Source: an uncultured Thermoplasmatales archaeon
GTDB lineage: Archaea; Thermoplasmatota; E2; DHVEG-1
DNA length: 64,000 nt
NCBI GenBank assembly: GCA_964636235.1
Contig: CAZWQV010000002.1
Location: 37,607-101,606, forward strand
Reading direction: 5' to 3'
Position numbers and translations under genes: made by a program. Under the pieces are notes generated by a model. That model did not search any database, had not been told where the DNA came from, and worked only from the letters and a program-made list of their open reading frames with translations. Every line of letters starts with the position of its first letter. The stretch's first letter is position 1. Below, one piece after another: positions 48,311 to 59,134 of this stretch.

Positions 48311-49201
48311 ATGCTATCTATCGATGATTTTAAACCTATAACGATGCAGTCAAAACCTTTCTTTGATAGCCATTATGAAATGTATCCTCCCATTCATAGT
48401 GATAATGTTTTTACCACTCTAGTTGGTTGGCAAGATTATGCACATTATACCTATGCTCTCATTGATGATGTATTATTTATAAGAGCAACAGTAAATGATT
48501 TCAATTATTTCCGTCCCCCAAGTGGAACCTATAAAAAAGAACTATTTGATGAGTTGTTAGAACTAAATAATTCTTTACAACCACAGTCACAAATTTCAAT
48601 GATAACAGAAAATGTCAAGCAATGGATGGAAAATACATATCATTCGTATACCTTTAAACCACTTCCTGAATATGCTGACTATGTATATCGAGCAGAAGAT
48701 TTAGCTCAATTACAGGGATCTGATTATCGGAAAATTCGGAATCGATTAAATAAATTTGTAAAAAATATAACCTATAAAAAAGAAATGATAACGGAAGAAA
48801 ACATTCCAGAGGTAAAAAAATTTCTTAAAAGATGGTGTATCTGGAGAGATTGTGAAGACGATCCATTACTACAGTATGAAAAAAAAGCGATCATGTTTTC
48901 AATAGATCATTTCAAAGACCTTGGATTATCTGGAATTGCGATTAGAGTAAATGATAAGATTGAAGCAGTTTGCATGTTTGAAAAAATGAACCCTGATACC
49001 ATTGTGGTTCATTTTGAAAAAGGATCTCCATATTATGATGGGATCTATAAATTAATTAATAGAGAAACAGCAGAACTTGTCAAAAATAATGTGACCTATA
49101 TCAATCGTGAATCTGATATGGGAAATCCTGGATTACGAAAGGCTAAGGAATCCTATCGACCGGATCACATGATCAACGTGTATCAGTTAATAAAAAAATA
49201 A
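48311..49201 (+). CDS. hypothetical protein, possibly DUF2156 (lysyl-PG-synthase C-terminal-like acyltransferase fold)
   Basis: Weak resemblance only. Located directly after a GNAT gene. Confidence 0.3.
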   Translation: MLSIDDFKPITMQSKPFFDSHYEMYPPIHSDNVFTTLVGWQDYAHYTYALIDDVLFIRATVNDFNYFRPPSGTYKKELFDELLELNNSLQPQSQISMITENVKQWMENTYHSYTFKPLPEYADYVYRAEDLAQLQGSDYRKIRNRLNKFVKNITYKKEMITEENIPEVKKFLKRWCIWRDCEDDPLLQYEKKAIMFSIDHFKDLGLSGIAIRVNDKIEAVCMFEKMNPDTIVVHFEKGSPYYDGIYKLINRETAELVKNNVTYINRESDMGNPGLRKAKESYRPDHMINVYQLIKK

Positions 49202-49406
49202 AGAGATATACGTCCCTCATTTTTTTCAATTGTTTCATTAGCTTGCAATCATCCCGCCAATTAAAAATGGATATATTACAAAGCAAATAATAAATTCCTT
49301 CATAAGTAGAATATTAATTATGTATCAAAAATATTGAGATAAAATAATCATTTATTTCAATAAATAATGAACATTTTTTTCTCTTTTTGACAAAAAGATG
49401 GTTCTT

Positions 49407-49883
49407 TTAATTAAAAGTGATTGAAATCCATGTTCCGATAAGGTAAGATGCTACAATTACTAATAGAGTTAGAGAAATGTGCTCAATGATAACTTTTACA
49501 GGAGATATTTTTTGTTTTCTAGCTAAAAATATACTATTTGCAAATATAAAATAAATACTAATTATTATACTGATTATAACTGCCTTTTCAAGTGAAAATA
49601 AAAGTGTAGGGATTATGAAAAATGATGAAAAAATAAATTTACATACAAATGTCGCATACGTTGCCTCCCAAATTTCTTTTTTTGTATGGCGATTCTGAGA
49701 TTCAACAGCGGTATGCATACCAATTGAATCGGAAAGCGCATCAGCTAGAGCAATGGTTAGAATCCCTCCAATAACAATTGGTTTTGAATTAGTACTTGAA
49801 TAAAGACCTACCATCAATCCAAGTGTGGTAATAATGCCTGATGTAAGGCCAAAGTTAAATCCTGCCCGTATTGATCTCTTCAT
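49407..49883 (-). CDS. small VIT1/CCC1-like membrane protein (tentative)
   Basis: The N-terminus RAGFNFGLTSGIITTLGLMVGL resembles the VIT-family GANDGLVS helix. Four TM helices. Confidence 0.4.
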   Translation of the reverse strand: MKRSIRAGFNFGLTSGIITTLGLMVGLYSSTNSKPIVIGGILTIALADALSDSIGMHTAVESQNRHTKKEIWEATYATFVCKFIFSSFFIIPTLLFSLEKAVIISIIISIYFIFANSIFLARKQKISPVKVIIEHISLTLLVIVASYLIGTWISITFN

Positions 49884-49999
49884 TTCAAACCAATGATAAC
49901 AATGTTAATTTTAAATATTATAAACTTTTTTATATTAATAATTAAAAGTATAATGTATCAATTTATGTTAAAATAACCATGTTAATTTTAATAATTGAT

Positions 50000-50446
50000 T
50001 TATTCTAAACGCTTAATTAAAGAAAATTCTTCATTTTTAAAAATTTCAATTAATTTTAATGCGTTTTTTTTTACTATTCTTGTCATATCTCCATCCATCT
50101 TTTGTGGTTGAATTCCAATAATTGCTATTTTTGAGATATATTGAGAAAGATAATTAACAAAAACTGACAGAGGTATGCCATGAGTACTTACGTGCATTAA
50201 TCCTATTTTTTCCTTGGGAACAATCCTAATTTCACCAGGATTCAGATTCATATCAATAGCATCAATTAAATATAATATATCTGGTTTTTTTTGTTTAATA
50301 ACTCCGGTATAATTTTCAAGATACGTTTCAACATTGAGAACTTCAATATCATTTAATTTTATATTGCCTAGTTCATCAGCAATGAATGGCCCAACTGCGT
50401 CATCGCCCCCATCTCGATTACCAATACAAACAAGTAAATATTTCAA
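50000..50446 (-). CDS. hycI: [NiFe]-hydrogenase maturation endopeptidase (HycI/HyaD family)
   Basis: Motif LLVCIGNRDGGDDAVG and a 148-aa length typical of HycI. Confidence 0.7.
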   Translation of the reverse strand: MKYLLVCIGNRDGGDDAVGPFIADELGNIKLNDIEVLNVETYLENYTGVIKQKKPDILYLIDAIDMNLNPGEIRIVPKEKIGLMHVSTHGIPLSVFVNYLSQYISKIAIIGIQPQKMDGDMTRIVKKNALKLIEIFKNEEFSLIKRLE

Positions 50447-50612
50447 TGTGAAACCTCAGGAAATGTATTATGTAGAATCGCTATAAAATTTAATAATTTT
50501 CTCTAAAAAACCATCTTTTCACATTCTCGTTGTTTTCCACAACATTTTAATACTTTTTAGGATTACCAATGAACCAAATTTATTAGATATATACTACCGG
50601 AGGTACTCTTCA

Positions 50613-51047
50613 ATGTCCAAAGGACTTCCTAAAGCCTTTAAAAAAGCACTATGGGTTTATCACATAAACTCTGGATCCTGTAATGGATGTGATATTGAAA
50701 TCATTGCTGCTCTCTGTCCGAGATATGATGCAGAAAGATTTGGTATTAAACTTGTTGGATCCCCACGTCACGCAGATGTTTTACTTGTTACTGGGCCGGT
50801 TACTCGGCAATTGGTTGAAAAAGTTAAACGTGCATATGAGCAGATGCCCGATCCAAAAGCAGTTCTCTGCGTTGGGAATTGTGGTAATACCGGAGATGTG
50901 TTTTATGAAGCATATAACCTTGTTGGACCAATTGATAACGTTCTTCCTGTCGATGTTTATGTTATTGGATGTCCCCCACGACCTGAGAATATTATAATGG
51001 GTGTTGTAAAAGCCTGGACAAAACTTGAAACATTGGAGGCGAAATAA
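50613..51047 (+). CDS. group 4 [NiFe]-hydrogenase small subunit (NuoB/HycG/MbhJ-like)
   Basis: Four conserved Cys (CNGC, GNCG, GCPPRP) of the proximal [4Fe-4S] cluster. 144 aa. Confidence 0.8.
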   Translation: MSKGLPKAFKKALWVYHINSGSCNGCDIEIIAALCPRYDAERFGIKLVGSPRHADVLLVTGPVTRQLVEKVKRAYEQMPDPKAVLCVGNCGNTGDVFYEAYNLVGPIDNVLPVDVYVIGCPPRPENIIMGVVKAWTKLETLEAK

Positions 51048-51589
51048 TGGCTTCTAAAAACATTTTAACACCTGATGAAATAGTCAAATCGTTTAAAGAT
51101 GCTTTTTCAAAGGATATTATAGATGCTCGAGTGGAAAAGCATGTTAGAGGTTTGAAAAAAAATGAGTTCTTTCACATCTGGCTAAAGATTGATAAAAAGA
51201 TTTATCATGATGTGGTTGAACATCTTTTTACTTTCGAAAAACATCCTCATTTTGCCGTTTCTTCAGGATATGACCTTGGAAAAACAATTGAAATTGTACA
51301 TCATTTTTCATTGTATTCTGGCGAAAAATTAAGAGAAATTTCGATAAATATCACAACTCCTCTTCCAAAAACAGATCTTACTATTGATACGATAACTGAT
51401 CTTATTCCTGGTGCATTAATTGCAGAACAAGAAAAACAAGAAATGCTTGGAATAAAGGTCGTTGGCATTCCAAAAGATGAACGAGTATTCATCCCTAATG
51501 AGTTTCCTGAAGGAATGTATCCATGGAGAAGAGATGAAAAAAACGCTGATAAAATGGTTCGGAATTTACATGATGAGGTGAAAAAATGA
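51047..51589 (+). CDS. NuoC/HycE-N-terminal-like subunit (MbhK-like)
   Basis: 30-kDa-subunit-like fold. Translationally coupled to its neighbours (ATG overlaps the upstream stop). Confidence 0.65.
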   Translation: MASKNILTPDEIVKSFKDAFSKDIIDARVEKHVRGLKKNEFFHIWLKIDKKIYHDVVEHLFTFEKHPHFAVSSGYDLGKTIEIVHHFSLYSGEKLREISINITTPLPKTDLTIDTITDLIPGALIAEQEKQEMLGIKVVGIPKDERVFIPNEFPEGMYPWRRDEKNADKMVRNLHDEVKK

Positions 51590-52815
51590 CCACAAAAACT
51601 ATGAAAACTTCATATCAAATACCAATTGGCCCTATTCATCCAGCACTGAAGGAACCTGTGAAATTTAATTTTGAAATTGAAGGAGAAAAAATTGTTGATG
51701 TTGGGGTTGAGCTAGGACATGTTCACCGATCAATTGAATGGGCAGGAACTCGTAGGAATCCTGTTCAAATTTTATATCTTGCAGAACGTATATGTGGTAT
51801 TTGTTCCTATTGCCATCCGATGGCGTTTGCTCTCGCAAGTGAAAGAGTTGCTGGAATAGATGTTCCAGAACGTGCTCAATATCTTCGGGTTGTTCATCAA
51901 GAACTTGAACGTATCTGTTCTCATGTATTATGGGCTGGTGTTGCCGCTCATGAACTTGGCTTTGATACTGTTTTATTTTTAACATGGCAGATTCGAGAAG
52001 CTGCTCTTGATCTCACAGAATATCTCTGTGGAAACAGAGTCACAAAAGCAATCACTCAAATTGGTGGTGTCCGTAGAGACATCACAGCAGATATGCTTCC
52101 GACGATTAATAAATCATTAGATGCTGTGAAAGCGAATTGGGAGAAATTACGAAAAATATATCTTGAAGATAAAACGTTTAAACTTCGTAGTCAAGGATGC
52201 GGGGTGTTAACAAAAGAAGATGCTTTGAAACTCTGTGCTGTTGGTCCTACGACTCGTGCCTCGGGAGTAAAAAAAGATGTCCGTATTGACCAACCTTATT
52301 TTGCATTTGGTGATCTTGATTTTGATTATATGACCCCTGATATTGTAACTGGAGAAGTCAATGGTGATGTGTATGATAGAATCATTGTCCGTTTACTCGA
52401 GGTAAAACAATCAGTTGAATTGATTGAAGAAGCAATTAAAAATATGCCCGAAGGAGAGATTTTGGCAGAACCAAAAGTTGCAAAAATCCTAAATATTATG
52501 AAAAAAGCTGAAGGCGAAGGAATCGGTAGAATGGAAGCACCACGTGGAGAAGTATTTCACTATGTGAAATATGTTGGCGAACCCTCACCGTATTCATGGA
52601 AGGTTCGAGCACCAACTTATTCTAATATTTTACCTTGGATACCAATGCTGATGGGTGAACAAATCGCAGATATTCCTATTGTTGCTGCATCAACAGATCC
52701 TTGTATGAGTTGTACAAATCGCGTGGGTATAGTTGAAAAAAATCATTCATATGAATTAACTGGTGAAGATTTGCATAGAATGTGTGTGGAAAAGACAAGG
52801 AGGCTTATGAAATGA
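51586..52815 (+). CDS. group 4 [NiFe]-hydrogenase large subunit (NuoD/HycE/MbhL-like) with intact Ni-binding motifs
   Basis: N-terminal RICGICSYCH (L1: RxCGxCxxxH) and C-terminal DPCMSCTNR (L2: DPCxxCxxR). Confidence 0.85.
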   Translation: MTTKTMKTSYQIPIGPIHPALKEPVKFNFEIEGEKIVDVGVELGHVHRSIEWAGTRRNPVQILYLAERICGICSYCHPMAFALASERVAGIDVPERAQYLRVVHQELERICSHVLWAGVAAHELGFDTVLFLTWQIREAALDLTEYLCGNRVTKAITQIGGVRRDITADMLPTINKSLDAVKANWEKLRKIYLEDKTFKLRSQGCGVLTKEDALKLCAVGPTTRASGVKKDVRIDQPYFAFGDLDFDYMTPDIVTGEVNGDVYDRIIVRLLEVKQSVELIEEAIKNMPEGEILAEPKVAKILNIMKKAEGEGIGRMEAPRGEVFHYVKYVGEPSPYSWKVRAPTYSNILPWIPMLMGEQIADIPIVAASTDPCMSCTNRVGIVEKNHSYELTGEDLHRMCVEKTRRLMK

Positions 52816-53213
52816 AACTGGTCATGATACCAAAAGCATTTACTCAAATGTTTAAAAAACCATTTACCAATAAATTTCCAGCAAAATATGCACCAGGAAA
52901 TGTCAGTGGTTTTTTAAAAGCCGTTGGTGAAGGAAAAGCATCTATTAATCCACCAGTGAAAACCCCTCCGAATTTTCGAGGGAAAATAACCTATAACAAA
53001 GAAACCTGTATCGGATGCAAGCTTTGCATTAAGGTATGCCCAACAGAAGCAATTGAGTTCAAGGAAGATGAAAAGAAAATAAAAATATATCTGTCCCGTT
53101 GTTGTTTCTGTGCTCAGTGTAATGAGATTTGTCCAAAAGATTGCCTTGCAATGAGTGATGAATTTTTACTAGTGGATACTGATAAATATTCGAAGGATTT
53201 AATTGTAGAATAA
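52812..53213 (+). CDS. 2x[4Fe-4S] ferredoxin subunit (NuoI/HycF/MbhN-like)
   Basis: CIGCKLCIKVCP and CCFCAQCNEICP motifs. ATG at 52812 overlaps the large-subunit stop. Confidence 0.7.
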   Translation: MKLVMIPKAFTQMFKKPFTNKFPAKYAPGNVSGFLKAVGEGKASINPPVKTPPNFRGKITYNKETCIGCKLCIKVCPTEAIEFKEDEKKIKIYLSRCCFCAQCNEICPKDCLAMSDEFLLVDTDKYSKDLIVE

Positions 53214-53225
53214 ATCCTCATTTTT

Positions 53226-54341
53226 TTATTTATCATGTTGTAACAGCCAATTATGGATAACCGGATAAACTTCATTTTTTGCATGAATTCCTAAATTAAG
53301 ATCAAGATGACCATAATTTGCCTTGTATCCTTTATCTTTTGAAAAAAGATGATAGGTTTTATCCTTGCTTTTCACTCGGTTTACTGTTTCTTTTACATCT
53401 TCTGGTGGCGCTGCCTTATCTGCTTTTCCCGCAATGGCAAGTAAAGGATGAGTAAATCGATAAAGATATTTTTTATAATCATATGTAATGAAAAATGATG
53501 ACGTTACTGAAGTATGACCAAAAATATCATATAACCAGGGATAGCGAGGATACTTACAAAAAGTATTATGTCTAAAAAACACTGAAAAATGATTAAAAAT
53601 TTTTGATGAAATCAAATTATTCATGCCAATTTTAAGATAAAGTTCAAAGATGTCTGGTTTTATATTTTCAGGATCAACACCAAATGTTTTAAATGCAGTA
53701 TCGATTTCCGGGATCCTCTGAATAAGTTCAGATATGTTCACAGGAAAAGCAATATTTCTAGGAGCGATTCTTGTTATTAATTCAAGAAGTGGATTTTTAT
53801 ATTCAAATATTGCTGGTGATCCAATAGTAATAACTCCCTGTATAGTCCGATGAGAAGCGGGTGTCTGTCCATATGCATAGACGATCATTCCACCCATACT
53901 TTTCCCAACCCAATGAATTTTTATGTTTCTTTGCTGCTCTTTTTGATAATACGTTTGAATGAATTTCAAAATTGTTGGTATATCTTTTTCTACATAATCA
54001 TCAAAGCACCAAATGTATTTTTTAGGATGATCCTTAGGATTAAATGTAAGATTTTTTCCTCTGCCCCTTAATTGAATCACCCAAACATCATGAGATATTT
54101 TATCCTTATCATACCCTTGAGAAAGATATGCTGCCAGACTGTATTGTTCCCATTCCTTACTTTGTATATCACCAAAATCGCAACTATTTTTATTTGCAGC
54201 TAAACCATGACATAAAACAACTGGAGTACTTGTCTTTTTTTTCGTGTTTGCAGGGTAATGTAATAATTGCAGCTTCCACCCATCTGAAGTTGGCTGTGTT
54301 TTAAACGTTTGACAAAGTTCTTTTTTCATAGTATCAATCAA
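53226..54341 (-). CDS. alpha/beta hydrolase (lipase/esterase-like)
   Basis: Nucleophile elbow HWVGKSMGG (GxSxG) and alpha/beta-fold pattern. Confidence 0.55.
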   Translation of the reverse strand: MIDTMKKELCQTFKTQPTSDGWKLQLLHYPANTKKKTSTPVVLCHGLAANKNSCDFGDIQSKEWEQYSLAAYLSQGYDKDKISHDVWVIQLRGRGKNLTFNPKDHPKKYIWCFDDYVEKDIPTILKFIQTYYQKEQQRNIKIHWVGKSMGGMIVYAYGQTPASHRTIQGVITIGSPAIFEYKNPLLELITRIAPRNIAFPVNISELIQRIPEIDTAFKTFGVDPENIKPDIFELYLKIGMNNLISSKIFNHFSVFFRHNTFCKYPRYPWLYDIFGHTSVTSSFFITYDYKKYLYRFTHPLLAIAGKADKAAPPEDVKETVNRVKSKDKTYHLFSKDKGYKANYGHLDLNLGIHAKNEVYPVIHNWLLQHDK

Positions 54342-54565
54342 ATGTTAAGATAATGATTTTTGTTTAAATTTCTAGATGAAATACATTCATATATTATGTT
54401 ATTTTCTAAAGATAACGTATTGATTTATTTTTTAGATTAACAAATACTTAAATATGGACAATTGTTTTATTTCATGAAAATTTTATCGGTGGGTAAAGGA
54501 AAAGATCTTTGATTATACACATTTAATAAACACTAATAACTGTAATTATAAGGAGGTATAGTAAA

Positions 54566-55897
54566 ATGAAGCATATTCAATTCTCAACTGATCATTCTGG
54601 AATTGATGATCATAAGATAGCAGATATCAAAAAAAATATTGATGATGAAATTATCAATATGAACCAAGCTTCAGAGAAAGGTTATGATGATGATCGAGCA
54701 TCAATAAATTTACCTTTTGATATGAAAAACATGCAGATTAATATTGATACTATTGAGGAAAAAAAAGAGCTTTCTGCGGATTATCTTCTTGTGGTAGGTA
54801 TAGGAGGAAGTAACCTTGGGACAATTGCTGTTCAAGAGGCAGTGTTAGGTAAATTATATAATCAACTAGGGCCACAGATGCATATCTTATATGCTGATAC
54901 TGTTGATTCTGATTTATTATATGCCATTAGGACAATTATCAAAAAAGCGTTACAACAAGATAAAAAGGTCATTATAAATGGAGTAAGTAAAAGTGGGAGT
55001 ACAACAGAAACAATCGCTAATTTACAAACTCTAATCAGTCTACTTAAGAAATACCAACCTTCTTATCAAGATTATGTAGTAATTACAACTGATAAGGAAT
55101 CTAAATTTTGGCATCATGCCCAACAACATGGTTATACCGCCTTAGAAATTCCAAAAAAAGTAGGAGGGCGATATTCTGTTTTCTCATCAGTTGGCTTGTT
55201 TCCGCTTGGCATGATTGGAGTCAACATCAACGAATTGTTAAAAGGAGCAAGCATGATGCGAAATCAATGTCTTGATCAGGATTTAAATCAAAATATAGCT
55301 GCAAAAAGCGCTGCCCAAATTTATCTTCATAGACTGCAAGGAAAATGCATTAACGATCTTTTCTTGTTTAGTACTGATCTAGAATCAATTGGAAAATGGT
55401 ATCGACAACTCATGGCTGAAAGCATTGGAAAAGAATATGATATTGAAGGAAAACAGATTTTCAATGGAGTCACTCCAACTGTTTCAATTGGATCTACTGA
55501 TCTACATTCCATGGCTCAACTATATCTTGGAGGGCCTTATGATAAATTCACTACTTTTGTAAAAATTAAACAAAATAAACATGATATATCAATACCACAT
55601 CAATCAGATTTTGAATCATTAGTACCTGTGATTCAAGACAAATCATTACAAGAAATCATGCATGCAATTTTACATGGGACACAAACAGCTTTTATGAAAA
55701 ATAATAGACCTTTTGTAACCATTACTCTTCCAGATAAATCAGAAGAATTAATAGGGCAATTTCTACAATTTAAAATGATGGAAATGATGTATTTAGGCTC
55801 ATTAATGAAAGTGAATCCATTCGATCAACCAAATGTTGAATCATATAAAATCGAAACAAAAAAAATTCTGACAAACAAGCAGATTATAAATGAATAA
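54566..55897 (+). CDS. pgi: glucose-6-phosphate isomerase (PGI family)
   Basis: SIS-domain signatures VVGIGGSNLG and GGRYSVFSSVG. 443 aa. Confidence 0.75.
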   Translation: MKHIQFSTDHSGIDDHKIADIKKNIDDEIINMNQASEKGYDDDRASINLPFDMKNMQINIDTIEEKKELSADYLLVVGIGGSNLGTIAVQEAVLGKLYNQLGPQMHILYADTVDSDLLYAIRTIIKKALQQDKKVIINGVSKSGSTTETIANLQTLISLLKKYQPSYQDYVVITTDKESKFWHHAQQHGYTALEIPKKVGGRYSVFSSVGLFPLGMIGVNINELLKGASMMRNQCLDQDLNQNIAAKSAAQIYLHRLQGKCINDLFLFSTDLESIGKWYRQLMAESIGKEYDIEGKQIFNGVTPTVSIGSTDLHSMAQLYLGGPYDKFTTFVKIKQNKHDISIPHQSDFESLVPVIQDKSLQEIMHAILHGTQTAFMKNNRPFVTITLPDKSEELIGQFLQFKMMEMMYLGSLMKVNPFDQPNVESYKIETKKILTNKQIINE

Positions 55898-55900
55898 TAC

Positions 55901-56545
55901 GTGATAGCAATGCAAGGAAAAAAAGAAATAATACCGGCGATTATTGCCAAAAGTCAAAAAGAATTAGATGAAAGTATAGCAAAGGTTGCTGATTATGTTC
56001 ATACTATACAACTCGATATAATGGATGATAATTTCGTTCCAAATACATCTCTTTTTTTTGATTTTTCACTACCATATACAAACTGTGTGTATGAAGCTCA
56101 TTTAATGGTTTCAGATCCTTTAAAATGGATAAAGCATTTTGGTGAAAAAGTAGATACCATCCTTATTCATCATGAATCAAAATATGAACCAGAATCATTA
56201 ATTCCTTATGTAAAAGATCTTGGAAAAAGAGTGGGGCTTGTATTAAACCCTGAAACACCAATCAGTGAGATTGAAACTTATTTAGATTCTATAGATCAAG
56301 TGTTAATAATGACGGTTAAACCAGGTTTTTATGGAAGTTCATTTTTACCAGATATGATTGATAAAATTTCGGATCTTAGATCAATGAAACCAGATCTTGA
56401 TATTGAAGTTGATGGTGGAATTACAGATAAGACCATAAAGAAAGTTTATGCAGCAGGTGCAAATATGTTTGTTTCAGGATCATATATTCTTAAAGCAAAT
56501 AATGTTCAAGCTTCAATTAAAACTCTAGAAGAATTAGTAATATAG
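55901..56545 (+). CDS. rpe: ribulose-phosphate 3-epimerase
   Basis: Motifs LDIMDDNFVPN, EAHLMV.DP, VKPGF.G..F, VDGGI. Confidence 0.85.
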   Translation: MIAMQGKKEIIPAIIAKSQKELDESIAKVADYVHTIQLDIMDDNFVPNTSLFFDFSLPYTNCVYEAHLMVSDPLKWIKHFGEKVDTILIHHESKYEPESLIPYVKDLGKRVGLVLNPETPISEIETYLDSIDQVLIMTVKPGFYGSSFLPDMIDKISDLRSMKPDLDIEVDGGITDKTIKKVYAAGANMFVSGSYILKANNVQASIKTLEELVI

Positions 56546-57051
56546 CAATGTGCAACAAGATTAATTAGAAATTTATTTTCATTTTTTGTCATCTGTAAGA
56601 GAATCTTTTAAAAGATGTTTTATTATGTAGATTCTATATGCCAAAACATAAAGATCTTATCATCATTTTAAGTATTGTACTATTTGGAATGTTCATTCCT
56701 TTTCTAGGGTCTTTGATACTTTCGTTTCATTTGAATATAACAACTATAGGAGATCTATATCTTATTGGATCCACATTTGGATGGTTTCTTTTAATTTTTG
56801 GTATAGAATTAGGATGTGTCTATTTTTATTTTTCAATTACTAATAAAATTGCCCAAAGAAAAATTGATAAAAATGCATTATTAAAAGAAAAATGAAGATA
56901 GTGCATATTAAAACATATATTGCCTGTTATAACATCTTATTTGGATTGTTATCCAAGGAAATTATTAAAAATCTTAACATTTTTTTCCCCTAATATTTAA
57001 TTACAAATAGGATTTCATTCATTATAGGATGATCTTAAGATGGGATAGAGT

Positions 57052-57213
57052 ATGTTCAAACAAATTCCGAGAATAAATATTATCAGAAGGCATAAACAGC
57101 TTACATGTTCACTTTGTGGAAAAAAGATAACCGATAATGTATATGATTTATATTGTATGGAATGTGAGAAAAAAGAATTAAAAAAACTCTTTAAACATAA
57201 TAATTTTGTTTAA
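57052..57213 (+). CDS. small zinc-ribbon protein (~53 aa, not in ORF track)
   Basis: CSLCGKK...CMECEKK pair of CxxC motifs. An ATG start without an obvious SD, so speculative. Confidence 0.25.
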   Translation: MFKQIPRINIIRRHKQLTCSLCGKKITDNVYDLYCMECEKKELKKLFKHNNFV

Positions 57214-57357
57214 TAGATCAACTTTGAGAACTGTATTTTATGGATGCAAAAGTACCAGTAAAGCATAAAAGTAATGTAAAAAAACCAAAACGAAGCGTTC
57301 ATCAAAAGGTTCTTGGAAAAAGAACCAAAGGAAAATGATAAGGCCGCATTACCAAAT

Positions 57358-58560
57358 TCACCGAATAAAATGAAGATTTGCTTGTAAATAGTGTTTTACC
57401 AGTTTCCATCTTAATTCATAAGCACTTTTTTTCCCCATCATAATTGAATAAATCAATTCTGCAAAGTCGGCATCTTTTTTCATTAAATTGATAAGTTTGT
57501 CTCCTTCTTTTCCCCATTGATTTTTTGAATGAGAAAATAATTTTATTTCTTTTCCAAATTCTTGATTCCATCTTTTTTGATATATTGATAAAAATCGTTC
57601 GCTGGTATCATGGTTTTGTATAGCTTCTGCAGCAGTATTTCCAGCGATTTCTCCAGAAACCAATGCATAATATATCCCTTCTCCGCTTACTGGATTAATT
57701 AATCCTGCTGCATCGCCACAAAGAAGTGTGCGATTTGCATATGTTTTATGTAAAGGTTCAACTGGTAATAAGCCACCTTTTAGATGTGAGCTTTTAACAT
57801 CTGATGGGAGAATCTGGGACTTTTTAAGATAGGTAAGATATTCATTAAAAATATTTTTAATATTTTTTTTATCTTTTTCATCAATTTTTTTTAATTTATA
57901 TGATACTATTCCAACATTAATATCATTCTTTTTTGGAAACACCCATCCATATCCCTTAATTCCATTGTATTTACTATATATATGACAGAAATGATGTTCA
58001 GTATAATAATTTGTAATAATATCTGGTGATAATGGAAAATCTTCCAAAACACAAACACCAAAATGTTTATGGTTTTTTAATAGACCAGTTTTTTTTGCTA
58101 CCGTGCTAAGAAATCCATCAGCGCCGATAACTAGATCTGTTGTCATATTTGTCCCATCCGAAAAGGTAACTTGTGTATCATACAATTTTATATCAATATC
58201 TTTTACTTTTTTATTATCTTTGAACACAGCTCCTTTTTCAACTGCAAGATCAACAAGTGCTTTATCAAAATGTTTTCTCTGAACCATTGCAATGACTGGC
58301 TCTTGTTTTCTTATTTCTACAAAGTTCTTTAGAGATGGAGAATGTAGTGAACCACCGTATGAATAATTATCTATTACATCCAATTCTTTAATATATGGAT
58401 ATCGTTCAAGGGTGCGTAAAGGCAGTCCTCCACCACAGGGCTTACTACGAGGAAATTTTTCTTTATCAACAATGAGAACTTTTATTCCTTGACTTGCGAG
58501 GTATTTTGCTGCTGTCGAACCACTTGGCCCTGCACCTACGACAACCACATCGAATTTCAT
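57358..58560 (-). CDS. geranylgeranyl reductase family protein (digeranylgeranylglycerophospholipid reductase-like)
   Basis: FAD motif VVVVGAGPSGSTAAKYLA and GDAAG. 400 aa, typical of archaeal GGR. Confidence 0.8.
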   Translation of the reverse strand: MKFDVVVVGAGPSGSTAAKYLASQGIKVLIVDKEKFPRSKPCGGGLPLRTLERYPYIKELDVIDNYSYGGSLHSPSLKNFVEIRKQEPVIAMVQRKHFDKALVDLAVEKGAVFKDNKKVKDIDIKLYDTQVTFSDGTNMTTDLVIGADGFLSTVAKKTGLLKNHKHFGVCVLEDFPLSPDIITNYYTEHHFCHIYSKYNGIKGYGWVFPKKNDINVGIVSYKLKKIDEKDKKNIKNIFNEYLTYLKKSQILPSDVKSSHLKGGLLPVEPLHKTYANRTLLCGDAAGLINPVSGEGIYYALVSGEIAGNTAAEAIQNHDTSERFLSIYQKRWNQEFGKEIKLFSHSKNQWGKEGDKLINLMKKDADFAELIYSIMMGKKSAYELRWKLVKHYLQANLHFIR

Positions 58561-59134
58561 GATGTTCCTCCCTATTTATTGGTATAATTATAATCATATA
58601 AATAATTTTCATATATTAATATTTTATTTTTGAAAATTGAATAGAATTTTATTAAAAAAGAAACAAATAGTTTAATAGAATACAAATAATCCATATTCTT
58701 TTGTTTTGAATAAAAAGAAGAATTAGACGAATCTTTATAATTTGAAAGCAATATTGCAACACTTTTTTTCATTACCAAGTATCTCTTGACTCTGTTTCAT
58801 AGTCGTCATAAATGCTGATTTCTTCTTTTTCATCATCATTATATTTTTTCTTCGATTTTTTTGGGGGCATTAGATACCTCTTTTTTCGATTTAATTCTCA
58901 ACTTGAAATTAAATATATTAATTAAATTAATAGTTCTTGGGCTTGCTAAATAGTTAAAAACTGAGAAATAATCAAAAAAAATAAGATTTTAATGTAAATA
59001 AATTCTAAAAACAAACTTGAAATTATTTGATGCCTTGTATTTCATGATGCGTCACTTTTCTCTTATTTGCTTTTTAAATATAATAAAAAAATTCATTTAC
59101 ATATATTTATCAATTATTACGTAATGCCCTTCAT

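Noticed and set aside
50538-50552. Inverted repeat GTTGTtttccACAAC upstream of the hydrogenase operon as a regulator site
   Set aside because: A single 5-bp-arm palindrome in an AT-rich spacer is within chance expectation. No second copy or known motif match.
58572-58778. 68-aa minus-strand ORF rich in Y/N/K/S
   Set aside because: Composition is AT-rich low-complexity translation; no start context or conservation signal. Likely spurious.
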